A stretch of 64,000 bases of DNA from Octopus vulgaris (lineage: Eukaryota), in contig OX597824.1 of the NCBI GenBank assembly GCA_951406725.2, positions 5,580,001 to 5,644,000 of the forward strand, given 5' to 3'. The position numbers were made by a program, and so were the translations under genes. Positions within the stretch are counted from its first letter, which is position 1. Each line of letters opens with the position of its first letter. This document shows positions 1 to 13,329 of the stretch, piece by piece. The notes below the pieces were generated by a model, which worked only from the letters and a program-made list of their open reading frames with translations, was not told the origin of the DNA and searched no databases.

Positions 1-31
1 TGGTTACTTTTCAATTAGGCTTGAATAAAAA

Positions 32-93
<62 letters not shown>

Positions 94-216
94 ATATTAT
101 ATTAAATTAATAGTGGTTTTGTCTCTAATTTAATATAACATAATATTTTACTATAAAATTGGATTCAATCCTAAATCTGATTTTTCCCTGTAAGTTTGGA
201 TTTATTCCCAAATATT

Positions 217-259
<43 letters not shown>

Positions 260-264
<5 letters not shown>

Positions 265-328
265 TTCGCCATACTAATATGGCATTCTTATAAAAATAAG
301 AATGCCATATTAGTATGGCGATAACTAT
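260..328. repeat. Short near-perfect hairpin in a (TA)n-flanked insert
   Basis: gttttcgccatactaatatggcattcttat-aaaa-ataagaatgccatattagtatggcgataac. (TA)n tracts lie at ~220-261 and ~390-451. Confidence 0.85.
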
Positions 329-388
329 TATTTTCCGGGAACGCTGCCGCTGTTCTCTTTTAGAGAGACTTAGTTATTTTAATATTTC

Positions 389-454
<66 letters not shown>

Positions 455-2199
455 TACATACATACGTGTGTGTGTAATGAAAGCATCGTCTGCATCTTGA
501 AAAATATAAAATCTCAAAGATTTATAAGAATGCTTCATGGATCTAATTGCAGTGTTCCAAGATCAAATGACATTGGAAGCCTTTTCATTTTTAAACGCTT
601 TCCAAATCCCCCGATTCAATAATCTACCGACTTCACGTCTCATTGAATCTGTTCTCCGATCATAATATGCAGGATATAATAATTTCTATTTGTGGATATA
701 ATATTGATTACTCTCTAGATCGATATGAGACCTAATTTAGTACCATACGTGTATATCAGAATAAGATAACGAAATTATATTACTGGTACAGATCTTATTT
801 ATCTTAGATTGATAAAAAGCAAAATGTGCCGTAAATATGCAGGTTCTGTCATTGAATTCTGATATTGGTTTATTTGATTCGAGCAGCAGTTTATATTACT
901 GGTCTTTTACATATTCATGAAAGGGGTGAGATAGTATTTTCAGATCACAGACAATATGGATAAAAGTAGATATTATAGAAACAAGCATTTCTTAGGAGGA
1001 GGATGCTACTGTACCTCTGGGATAATTATGTATATGTATGCACGACAGAGCAAAAGGCTTGACCAAAACCGCTGGACCTATACACATAAACAGCATACAG
1101 ATAACAAACAAGCTAGACATAAACGAAATATTAAGCAGAATATTTCGAACATTATAGAAAGCCAAAACTAAAACAGACTAAAGCTCCAGGAGCACCGAGC
1201 TATGCTTAGTTGTGCAGAGCAATCTTTTGTTGATCAAAAGGTTCGAAATTATTGAAGATAGTGCACGGTAGAAATGCGAAATTGGGAACGTGTACACGGA
1301 ATAAAACTGGAAAAATGAATGAAAAAAATGGAAATAACAGTAAATTGTAACCTCCAGTTTCATTTCACTTCTCACAGCTTTAGTCTTTACAATGCAGAGC
1401 TGCATCTGTTCGATGGTCAAATTAAACCATGTTTTAGAAGAGGTTCACCTCCAGCAAATAACGTCGTCTCTCTTGTTATTAGTATGTATTGACACTGGTG
1501 TCATTGCTGAAGAAGTTATTTCTATTGACTGCAATCCCGCTGTGTAAAGAATGTGCAATGTAAGTTGTATTAGTCTGATGGGTGATGAATATATTTGTTA
1601 GGTGCTATATGATTGACATTATGCATTTCACGTATAGTAAGTAGTGTACGGTTTGTCTAGCATTAAGTATTAGAAACTGTGCAAAATGTGCGCTGTGTGG
1701 CTTATTGGTGTTAATGTGATATGACAGGATATGGATTAATTTACTTTTAATGTGTTACTTGTATAAATCACTGATTACACGCTGTACACCCAAGAGTTTA
1801 GAGGATATAACTCAAAGCTTTAGAAAGTCTAAATTACTTAACAATATTTCAAACCTGCTGCTCATAAGTTTCTGGAACACATCTATGCTTAATAATACAA
1901 CGCAAGCAATTTATTTTTCTATGTTTTGCAAATTCAAACAAACCCTTTTTAAACTTTCCCTTCGAAATATGCCATATATTATTTTATTTCATCTCCACGC
2001 TACCATACTTTTATACTGCATCTCCTGTAGGCCATATTTCTTTTTACTTTACCTTTTGTACGTCATACTTTTTACTTCATACGCAGGATGCCATATTTTT
2101 TATACCTTATCTCCCGTTACGACCTATTTTTTACTTCATTTTCCAGTTCACCATATATTTACTTCACCTCCAGAACACCTTATAATTTATCCTTCAACT

Positions 2200-3300
2200 C
2201 TAGTACGTCGTATATGAACTTCTGCTGTATGCAATATGTTGCTATATCATCGCCAGGACACCTTATTTTTTTATTTAATTCCTTACCAGTGCACGACGAG
2301 GTAGAGAAAAAGGACTGCACCAGTAGAGTATAGTTTTAGATTCCCGAAACCAGACTGTTTTTATAATTACGTTGGATTTATTTGATCCAGATTTCTGCCC
2401 AGAGTTTTCTTGCTGCTTCTGAATCTAGCATATCATTTCTCTGATGTTCCCATTCATTGATTAGTTTGTTTTTTATAAATTTTTCTTTCGTTGTTCTTAA
2501 AGACTCTATTCTGCTTATTCTGGTTTGAGATATTTGTTTTTTTTTTCTACCTGAACTGCTTTGATTCTTTGTATTAGTTCGTCTTTATTTGCAGTGCTTT
2601 GCGTCTCATGTTGTACTTCTTTTGACAGTTCGTTCTTGCGTCTTATCCCTCACAGTTGTCTTTACAATGATTACATGTATCCATCCAAGGCCTTTCTGGA
2701 GCTGTTTTAATTTGGTTCTAAAGCATTCGTTCCTACCATGGAGATTTGTCTTTTGTTTTACTTTCGCTTTTAACCCATAGAATTTCTACAGCGACTGACG
2801 GTGCATAGCATATGAAGTCGTTTACATCTATTATGTTCCCGATGTAGATTTTCGGTAGCAGCTCGTCTATCTATTTCACTACTTTATAATAAGGTTTCCC
2901 CTTTCGATTCCCCGTGGAGCTTGTAGCATCTTTCTTTTGTTACTTCGTGCCTCGTTCAGGTGTAGTAATAAGTTACTTTCTTCTCTGTCAATAGTCTTTT
3001 CCACCACAAACTAGAATTTTCCACCATCCAAGCAGATCTTATTTTTTATTGGTGGTTACAGGTCCCTTCGTTAATCCCTGTTCTTATTCTGTTTTTGTTT
3101 CGCTCTTCGTGTTCAGAGTGGTTACGTTCACACGCTTTCAATATTGTCGACATCTTATCCAGCGCCAATTGGGATAACCACTACCTTTTTACGATTACGT
3201 TATTTTGGCCTAGAAGTCTACTCTGAGATAGGAAACCAGTCATTCCATGTTCTAATTTTGTTCATTCTTTTCCGTTACCCTATTTTGGTTGGCTCGCTTC
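2200..3300 (-). pseudogene. Highly decayed non-LTR retrotransposon ORF relic, R4/Dong-like pre-RT region
   Basis: Minus-strand peptide fragments across frameshifts (KQNRVFKNNERK.., RKLWAEIWIK, RCPGDDI) recall the QNxxF..FY, FWxxIW and KAPGxD motifs upstream of RT in RLE LINEs. Boundaries are vague. Confidence 0.35.
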
Positions 3301-5229
3301 TGCAATAGAATTCCATTATAGTGCTATCGTTTAAGTCCATTTTCTCCTACGCTTTGTAGCAGCTCTTCGATAATTGCCAGATCCAACATGCTGCGCAGTG
3401 GAGCACTTGCTGTACAAGAGACTTGTACTCACGTTTGTTTAGATGATTCTAGATTGATGCAAGAGTATATAAGGAGGACCTGGTCTCCGTGTGGAGGCAA
3501 GTAGTAAGCAGAAGTCGGTCAGTGTGAAACTATATAACAAAGACCTACATTCTGCGAGACGCGTGTTTTGAAGACACCTGGCTGTGTACAAATTCTTCTC
3601 CGGGTATGTTAGTTTGCTGGGCTGCGATTTCCCTGCTGCTAACATTTTCTCTTGGAGCCGTGTTGGTATATAAGGGAGGCCGAGTTTGGCAACAATATAC
3701 AAATCCAACCACTACCGTTTTGCCAGGAAGTCAAGATCGGCTGAGTTGGCTTTCAAACCTACATATACAAGTCTACGTTACTATTTTACACACCACAAAT
3801 CAACGGATTATAGAGATCTGTTAAGGGTATATTACAAAAAGAAAATAGTAACGACACCAAGAGCACCAGCCTGTATTTCAAAATTTACGGATACTTATAC
3901 AGTTCTGTGAAACAGAAAGGAAAACCAAATTAAAACAATAAACAAAAATAGCAATAATCTCACGGAACACAAAACCAAAGGTTAGATATCCGTTACAATA
4001 TAATTGCGTTATTTACTTCCCATTAAATGCAATGAATACGTGTTTAGTCTTCCTTATATTGTTCAGGTCTTTGCTGTTTATAATAACAAAGTGCATGAAA
4101 CCATAAGAGCAAGAACGAAGCAAAACAATTTAAAAAAAGAAAACGCAAAGACCCAATTTAGAAGAGCGCAAAAATATAGAAGTGATTCTTTGTGGATATT
4201 AATATAAATATCAATAAAAACATGTTACACTTACGTTTGTGAGAAACAGCAATGTTGTGTGAATTACAGTATGAAATGCGAGTAATTAAATCTATTGAAG
4301 CGAAATCTTCTCGAAATATTAATCTTAAATAAAAACGTCATTCAGAACAGCAGAAACAGATAGACCAATGGATATGACGTACTTTTATATGAATGCTTCA
4401 CAGGAAAACAGTTTTGAGCAAGAACTATCACCACAGAACATCACAAGCGAAATGGTCTTTCCGGACACAAAGGAAAAAGAAACCAACGTCTATGAAGAAG
4501 TTTTACATGAATACGTTTCAGGCAAACAAGTTTAAGCAAGAGGTAGCATCGCAGCATTGCACATGCAAAATCTAGCACATATAGAATACCAAATAGAATC
4601 TAGAGGAAATAATATGGATAATATGAATTAAAACAAACTAAAATAAAACAAAAATATATAGACGTCTACAGTTATATTTAACACGTTCGTGTACATTGAA
4701 ACATAGTAAGACTCCACTACAAAAATTATCTGTGGTGAGAAATTCTTTCTTATAGACAACGTGTGTGACAAAAACACATCCCTGGGCTACGAATGATATC
4801 GTGGGAGCGAAACATTTGTGTTTCTACATCGTTGTGCTTCATCACCTATGGGCATCGGATCTGTCGATCATGTGTGCAAGGTTTTGTGAAACTGGAGTTA
4901 AAGGCACGCTAATTCAAATATATATAACTACAATTATATTTGATGTATTAATTGCTGTTTCAATATAAGAGCAGCCAATTTTTAGTGGGCCGTGAGCGAT
5001 GAATTTCCGTGTTCATAGCTGATGAAATGTAACCATGCCGAAACACGTGCCTTCTGGTTCGATTATGTCATTCATAACTTAGTGGTGAGCTTTCCACACA
5101 CATTTCCTGACCAGAGGCAGTTTTCCCAGTAGACGTTTTTCTACCTCTGACATTCAATACACGTGTTAAATAAAATTGTACACACCTTTATTGCAATCAT
5201 TACTGCTAACTGTGCCTATAATAGAAGCA

Positions 5230-8200
5230 AATGAAGAATATCCACCGAGGAAACTGATATGAATCGTGCAAGAGAAAGCGTCGCATGCCAAATGTACGAC
5301 TTGCACGACGTCAAATGTTCTTCTGCTTATCAGTCACGCATACAGCAGTCGACAACTCTACTTACGAACATATTGGTTGAACTGATAAAATGGAAGAGTA
5401 GCAGAAAGGCTGCGAAGTAGGTGCGTATGTAATGAACAGCTATTGTTAAGGCGAAAAGTTGTCGAATTCAAAGGTAACAAAAATCTTATTACACAGCGCA
5501 ATTCCCGACAACGATGTATGCTATACCATACGTTAATTCAATTTGAATCCTAGGTCACGGGCAAACAGGCCTAAGCCAAAGCAGTATATCAACAACTGCA
5601 ATGTAAATGAAATTTTCTACCACGTTTCAAGATGAAGGAAATATAATCAAGCAAGCTCTATATCCGAAAGATAAGGTATTTTTAGTTATTTATAGCCATT
5701 ATTGGACTAGTTTTGAATTTATAAGCATACCTGCTTTATGGAAAAGACAGCATTGGGAAGAAAAATCTGTAAGGAATTGTAATTGTGGATTCAGCAGTGA
5801 TATTAAAAGTTTGAGATCAACACTATGTGATAAACGTACATAAACATAACGATAAATTTAAATTATATAAAATTAGATTTGATGCGGAATCACCGAATCA
5901 GATTCTTGAACTTTATTGCAACTGATATGACGAATCGTTCACAAACAAAAGTACATAATATTCAAAACTGAACGCGACATGAGAAGAAATACGATTATCT
6001 ATTCCAATGCATTAGACCAATCAATTAGATAAACAACTACTTGAATATAATTAATTAGAACGTAAAATTATTAATATACCTAGAAAAGTAAATTAAGAAA
6101 ATTAAACAATCTATTGCGACCACCTTATAACCAGTTACATAGAATATGGTCAACATGTAAACAAGGCGGCAAGAACGGGACAGAAATAGAAGGTCATTAT
6201 ACTGCATCCGCCTTATATATTTTACACGCGCGAGCGCACATACACATACACCATTATATGACATCTATGTGTGTGTATGTGTGTTCATGTGAGACTAGAA
6301 TGAGTAGAAATCTACATGATAAAGCAAAAATTAAGAGAAAACAAATTCATCATCAAATTAGATTAATGAAGCTGTAATCAAGCTAACCAAATGACAATTA
6401 AACATTGCATGTCCAGCCCCGACCCATTCCTAAGTACTGAATATGTATATGAGTGAAGGTAACTGGAAGTATTTAGTAGTAAGATACGCCTCTTTCAAAG
6501 AGGATAATATTGGTAAAGGTACCGGACGCAATGACCCAGGTAAATTAATGCTATGCTTGCAACAGAACCTGCCAAAGCAAACTAGCAAGTACATTTAGGC
6601 GGCGAGCTGGCAGAAACGTTAGCACACCGGGCGAAATGCGTAGCCGTAGTTCGTCTGCCATCACCTTCTGAGTTCAAATTCCGCCGAGGTCGACTTTGGC
6701 TTTTATCCTTTCAGGGTCGATAAATTAATTACCAGTTACGCAATGGGGTCGATGTAATCGAGTTAATCCGTTTGTCTGTCCTTGTTTGTTCCCTCTGTGT
6801 TTAGCCCCTTGTGGGTGGTAAAAAAATTACATTTAGGTGATATTTTCATTAAAGGCGGAAAGGAAAACATGCGTCCTATTTCATATTTTCAACTGTCCAA
6901 CGAAAACACCTACATATGAATATCTCAAAAAGCTCACGTTCATTCTCACGAATATCTCCAAAAATAGCGGAAGAGGAAAAACGAGACAAAAAATGACGTC
7001 ATCGATAAATCGTGCACGGCGTTCCAACAAGAATAATAATTTTACTAAAATTTTAAGAACATGCTAGAACTCCTGACGTTGTGTAGAAAAGCAACAAATA
7101 GCTGTTATAGTATAGAACAGACGTTCTATGTAGGCACAGTTAATAACACACTTTACATAATAAACTCGATGCATTGTAAAAGCTTTTATAACAATATCGA
7201 TAAAATGCAGCGAATTGCATAACATTTTAATGGCCTCTCACTCCCGCAAAAGGTGTAATAGGAATTTTACGGTCAGTAATATCAAACTAAGGACGTGTAT
7301 GCATTACTGTATCAACTCCGCTATGGAACACATTTGTAGCCCATTCATTACGAGGTTAGATTTCAGAACGTAATTGCTCATCGGAAGGTATATTTATGGA
7401 CGCGGCATATATCTCACTGTCAATGATATTGAATGGTCTCCCTGTTAAGAGCGAGATAATATATTTTAGAGCTACATTATCGTGATCTGAATGAAAATTT
7501 TATTATATATACTAAACCTTGCATATTTAGATATTTTGAAGAGTTGATAATGACATAGTGAAATCCAGGCCGAATCTAAGAGGGTTTCAAAATAAGTAAC
7601 ATTAGGGAGTTCACTAAATATCGTATGAATCCCCTAAACACATTTCTTTGTGCTGTCAGCTTCAGGGTAACTGTAAACAGCGCCGTTCTGTATTTATTCC
7701 GCCCGCTTTGTTTTTTCTTTCCTCGATTGTATTTCAAAGTTTGGAGCTAGATTCTCAAGAAAGTTTCACATTCATACGATGATATATCGTTCCATTCGAG
7801 ACAGAAATATTAATTTCATGCTGCTTTCTAAACGCTATTAAAAGTGTATTTTCTCTCCTATGTCTCGGTGATAATGTTTTAGAATGAACGTCTGATAACA
7901 AGATTCAGTACCGCCATTCCAATTATTTGAATATTTCAGTTCTACGTCTAAACTCTTTTAGGTCTAGCTTTAAGAATTATATCAAAGTAACTTCAAATAA
8001 ATATTCGCGATATTGGCATAAGCATTCAATTTATTTTATTGAAAAAAAAAATATCTATACGTAATCAATATTGAAACGAATCTAAGAAAGAATTCCTTTC
8101 TTGTATTTATATCATTTTGTTTTACCGTTGAAAAATTTAACTTGAGAAATTTATCGGAATGGAATCTAATTTCCTCACATGGAATGGCTCGTTTAAATAT

Positions 8201-8600
8201 CTGTACATTCCTAAAGAGGAAATGAAATTGATACAGATCTTATTACCATACGTACAAAGTCTAATATATTCTTTTGAGCAATTATTATATAGATTTTCTG
8301 AAGAGATTCATCGTTTCTTGAATACTTTCATAACGAGTTGAAACATAATGAAACTCATTATTGATTAGAAAATGATTAACAGCAATTTCTATTGGGAGAT
8401 GATCAATACGTGATGTATTTAAGCTAATAAGGTGTGTTATAACTAGAATATCGGCTAGAATAGTTATGTTCAATCATACATTCGCGAGGAAATGTATCCA
8501 GAATGGACAGAGAAAATTATTGCAAATAATTTTCAATGGTTATTGAACAGACTCTAGCATCATTAATAATTTGTTATTGAAATAGCATGTTCAGCAGCTA
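5230..8600 (+). pseudogene. Very old fragmented LINE relic (RTE-like), interrupted by a SINE and microsatellites
   Basis: Scattered degenerate motifs occur in the expected order: APE-like pieces ~5250-5530, RT-like ~7260-7400, and FKYL plus C-terminal-like pieces ~8170-8460. There is no open frame. Confidence 0.3.
6597..6826 (+). mobile_element. tRNA-derived SINE family B (Nin/Deu-like central domain)
   Basis: Head ggcggcgagctggcagaaacgttagc..gagttcaaattcc (Pol III box B) and body tcctttc.gggtcgataaattaa.tacc. Candidate TSD tacatttagg at 6590-6599 and 6828-6837. Confidence 0.85.
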
Positions 8601-8749
8601 TTATTATCGGGATCATTATGATTTACAGGATATTATTGTGTATCAATGGAGACGTGGAATTAGATATCCATAGAATCTGTCTGTGGATCACATATCTATG
8701 ACAGAAATATAATTTCTCTCGATTTATCAACGCACATACAAGCACACGC

Positions 8750-8825
<76 letters not shown>

Positions 8826-9119
8826 GTGCATTATATATATATATATAAAGTCAGAAGAAAGAAACGCAAGACGGCTTCTCCAAACCGAGTTAAAAGGCAA
8901 GGGACCTTGTGATAGAGGGGTAGAATCAAGAATGAGATCCACCCGCCATGCTCTCAGTTGAAGAAGATCCATAGTCTCAGTTATTCATCCTTGGGAATCC
9001 AATTGCGAAGTGTAATGAGGGTTCCTTATGATATGAAGAATATAACTGAGGTTTCTAATCCCACTACTCCTCCACGGACTAGGGGCAAAGAAGATGGATG
9101 TATAGATGCTTGGATTTAA

Positions 9120-9152
<33 letters not shown>

Positions 9153-9217
9153 CACACATATATAATACAGGCACACGCATACACACATACACATGCACAT
9201 ATATATATTCTGTTATT

Positions 9218-9420
9218 ATTTTTCTTGTTTCAGTCATTTGACTGCGACCATGCTGGATCACCGCCTTTAATCGAACAAATCGAGCCCAGGACTTATTCTC
9301 TGCAAGCCCAACACGTATTCAAGCGGTATTTTGCCGAAACGCCAAGTCCCGGGGACACAAACACACCAACATCGGTTGTCAAACTATGGTGGGGGAACAA
9401 ACATAAACACACAAACACAT
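9218..9420 (-). mobile_element. SINE family A, 3' half
   Basis: cttgtttcagtcatttgactgcg.ccatgctgga..accgcctt is the reverse complement of the family A tail seen at 22650-22716. Confidence 0.75.
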
Positions 9421-9511
9421 AAAAAAACACACACACAAACACATACAAATACACACACACACAAACACACACGCACTCACATAAAAAATCTTGCACAACA
9501 AATATTTAAAC

Positions 9512-9553
<42 letters not shown>

Positions 9554-9705
9554 ATATATAAAATTTAAAAAGTTCGTTATACGTATAATCATACCATAAA
9601 CAATTATAAAAGAAGTTAAAACATCAAAATTAGATTTAATAAGCATATGTGAACGTTTCAAAGGGTAATACAAATATGTCAGAAAAAATTATAGTAATAA
9701 TACCA

Positions 9706-9768
9706 TAATAAAACTCCGAGTTTTGGATGTCGAGACGAAAATCTGCTCCGGCATCTCATCAGTTATTA
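9706..9768 (-). ncRNA. Degenerate type I hammerhead ribozyme (G12 to A)
   Basis: Minus strand: UAAUAA-CUGAUGA-GAUG..CAUC-C-AAAA-C-UCGGA-GUU-UUAUUA. Stem I is a perfect 6 bp, but GAAA reads AAAA. Confidence 0.55.
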
Positions 9769-10199
9769 AGACAATCAAAAAATGCTATTAAAATGACCGT
9801 TAAATAACGGGAAAAAACACAGGGGAGAGAGTAATAAGGTAAAAATACACATAGAATTCGCAAATGCGCGAATATACATACACATGCGCGCACGCACATA
9901 TATATTTTTTTATAGTTATATAAGATTCATTAGAGTCAAGGCACATCAACAGGCCGGACGCCAGAAATGGCTAAGTGTAATAGTATAGGGCAAAGAAACC
10001 ATGAAGGTATAATGTGTTTGTAGGTAGCGTAGATATGTCAGTACCAGATCCAATATAAAGCGTAGATCTGGCTCAAGACTGGTTCTAGGTGCGGCGTTGA
10101 TATAAAGAAGTATACAATGGGGTTTCGATTTTACTACACCTGTTTCTATAAAACTTTACTGATGTATTCATGGATTATATTGTAACAAAATTCCACCCG

Positions 10200-10455
10200 A
10201 TTCAGGTAAAAATTTAAACAGGTATAAAAGTGATGAATTAAAAATCTCCGTGATGACATATCCAATAACATATTGAATAGGTGGTACTTTAGAAAAGAAT
10301 ATTCGAATTTATAGAGAAATTCGAAGTGTGAAAGGCATGCTGGAGGCAAAAACATCGAACGAATCTATTATTTCAAACAATTATGCTAATTAGTTGACAA
10401 ACTGCAGCCAAGATATGTAAGTCATGAAAACCAGGACGATATCTTGTCAGGCCTT
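10200..10455. repeat. Dispersed repeat, diverged inverted copy at ~14930-15200
   Basis: Shared blocks include aactaatta..ataattgtttgaaataatagattcg and caatatgttattggatatgtcatca, in opposite orientation. Confidence 0.7.
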
Positions 10456-10758
10456 GGGGTAGAAGAAACTCACGGAACCAACGTTGCTTTTTCGCACTCT
10501 TACACGCACACAGATACACACACACACACACACTTGTACATAGGTATACATACACACGTACCCATATATGCACACATACACACGTACACACACAATCAAA
10601 CACACACGTATATATATATATATATATATAATATATAGAGGGTACTAAAATTCATAGGTACCGCACGCTAGGAGGGACTCTTGCAGTCAAAACTACTAAA
10701 ATAAACAAATTGTACCGAAGGCAAAACTTCTAAGCAAGTAATTTAAAAACAGAATTTA

Positions 10759-10822
10759 GTTACATATCACCTGTAATTTCGCAATCAATGCAGAATATGC
10801 ATTCTATGCTCTTCAGTGCAAC
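10759..10822 (-). ncRNA. Type I hammerhead ribozyme
   Basis: Minus strand: GUUGCA-CUGAAGA-GCA..UGC-GAAA-UUAC-AG-GUGA-UA-UGUAAC, the mirror copy of 11152-11215. Confidence 0.75.
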
Positions 10823-11151
10823 GAACTCAAGACATGTAAGGAAAAAACACAATATAGCATACCTGACAGTGGAAAAATTTACAGATTTTTTCTCTTACGA
10901 GGTTTTTCACGCTAACTACTGATAATTTCTTTTAAAGATTTTATCCTTAATTTTAAATTTATATTTTTCACCGGAATAGTTCAATACTGAATTTTTGTTC
11001 CGAATAGGCAAATTGTCACCGGAATGCATTGCGAATAAGCCCGCCATTTTCATAGATATGTAAAGATAAACATTCGTACATGCTACGACGAATTCTACGG
11101 TTGGCTATCGGGTATGCTATATTGTGTTTTTTCCTTACATGTCTTGAGTTC

Positions 11152-11215
11152 GTTGCACTGAAGAGCATAGAATGCATATTCAGCATTGATTGCGAAATCA
11201 CAGGTGATATGTAAC
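11152..11215 (+). ncRNA. Type I hammerhead ribozyme
   Basis: Stem I GUUGCA/UGUAAC; core CUGAAGA at 11158-11164; stem II GCA..AAUGC..GCAUU..UGC; GAAA at 11194-11197; stem III AUCAC/GUGAU; AUA cleavage triplet with predicted cut after 11209. Confidence 0.8.
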
Positions 11216-11477
11216 TAAATTCTGTTTTTAAATGACTTGCTTTGAAGTTTTGCATTCGGTACAATTTGTTTATTTTAGTAGTTTTGACTGCTAGAGTCCC
11301 TCCTAGTGTGCGGTACCTATGAATAATAGTACCCTCTATACAATATAAATAAATATGTTCTAAGTGGAAAAATTTACAGGTTTTTCTCTTACGTAGTTTT
11401 TCACGCTAACTACTGATAATTTCTTATAAAGATTTTATCCTTAATTTTAAATTTATATATATATATGTATATATATA

Positions 11478-11559
11478 TAAAGTATTGAAGCCATCTTATC
11501 ATGGCTAACCACATTGGGAAGGGGGTGGTTAGCCATGATAAGATGGCTTCTATACTTTA
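11478..11559. repeat. Hairpin foldback between (TA)n tracts
   Basis: Arms 11478-11512 / 11525-11559 (taaagta.tgaagccatcttatcatggctaaccac). A related sequence lies inside the Helitron-like element at ~29495-29575. Confidence 0.8.
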
Positions 11560-11607
11560 CATTATCGAGCGATTACTGTTTCAATCTCATTCTGAGATTT
11601 AATTATG

Positions 11608-12047
<440 letters not shown>

Positions 12048-12527
12048 ACATGTTTATATACACATACATTCAGGCACACATACATGTATACATACATATA
12101 TGTGAGCACACACACAGACACACGCACATAATGTATTAAAATCAATAATAATTAGAGTTTCAAGTAGCATATCACACCTCTCTATTACTGAGAATGTGTT
12201 TGACGCCTATGCTCTGCTCTAACGAGGCCTTAATAAAAGCAGATATTTCGACAAAGCATTAGCTACTCCTCCGCGACTGGAAAATTGCGAGATCATACAA
12301 CGGATGGCTGCAAGAGCAAAAACACCCACAGAAATACAATTACGTGCAATACTAAAAATAACTAGAAAAATATAAGAAACCCAACACTTCTGAATCGAAA
12401 GAATAAGAATGTAAATGATAAATATCATGCGCTTCCCATAATATCAACTCGCACAATGTAGATTCTACTGATAATAGTAAAACTCATCACAACAGTCGTT
12501 ATCATAATTATAATAATAATAATAATC

Positions 12528-12558
<31 letters not shown>

Positions 12559-12571
12559 GAAGAAGAAGAAG

Positions 12572-13040
12572 AAAGCAACCATACTCTGGGATATGCCGAT
12601 ACACACAGATAGAGAAATTAAGGCCAACAGACCAGATATAGTTGTCAGAGATCATGAAGAAAAAAAATGCTTTCTAATTGATGTATCAATACCGGCAGAT
12701 GACAACGTGTCTCTAAAAGAAATGGAGAAACTCTCAAAATACAAAGACCTGGAAATAGAGGTAACTAGAATGTGGAACCTGAAAACAGAAACAATTCCTA
12801 TCATAGTAGGTGCATTAGGCATGATAAAAAAATATTCAGACAAATACATAACAAAATCACCAGGACTTACAAACACATATAACATACAGAAAATTGCACT
12901 ACTAGGCACTGCACACATCCTACGCAGAACACTTTCCATACAATAACCATCAGAGCATCACAACAAATCACAGCACATACCCAAGGCACACAGAGCTGCG
13001 CTCGGTAGTGAAGTGAAAGCACGCTATAAAAATAAAACTA

Positions 13041-13043
<3 letters not shown>
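12572..13043 (+). mobile_element. 5'-truncated R4/Dong-clade non-LTR retrotransposon (RLE endonuclease C-terminus plus 3' UTR) in (TAA)n
   Basis: ORF 12593-12946 reads (WD)MPIHTDREIKANRPDIVV..FLIDVSIP..EKLSKYKDL..IPIIVGALG, a PD-(D/E)xK RLE. AATAAA is at 13031, and (TAA)n lies on both sides. Confidence 0.9.
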
Positions 13044-13110
<67 letters not shown>

Positions 13111-13329
13111 TCGATATAATGAAGTTATTTAGGAAAGATTAAACGAACGTTAGTAGTCGTACTAATATTAGAACTGACACTAATAGTTCTGGAATTGATA
13201 TTCGTAATAAAGATAGACATGTATCGAACATTAAGAATGACAATGAATGTACTGTAAAATTTCCTGACGCTAATGTTAATTATACTAATGGTTATAATAG
13301 CGCTAGCGGTCTTAAAACAATTAATAACA

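Larger units (their letters stand above)
10634..11458. mobile_element. Foldback, PLE pseudo-LTR-like non-autonomous element in (TA)n
   Basis: Inverted arms 10634-10863 / 11111-11340 (~230 bp) plus a direct repeat 10868-10964 / 11363-11458. (TA)n lies on both sides and each arm contains an HHR. Confidence 0.85.

Noticed and set aside
956-1171. ORF with faint GIY-YIG-like words
   Set aside because: The motifs are too degenerate to distinguish from chance.
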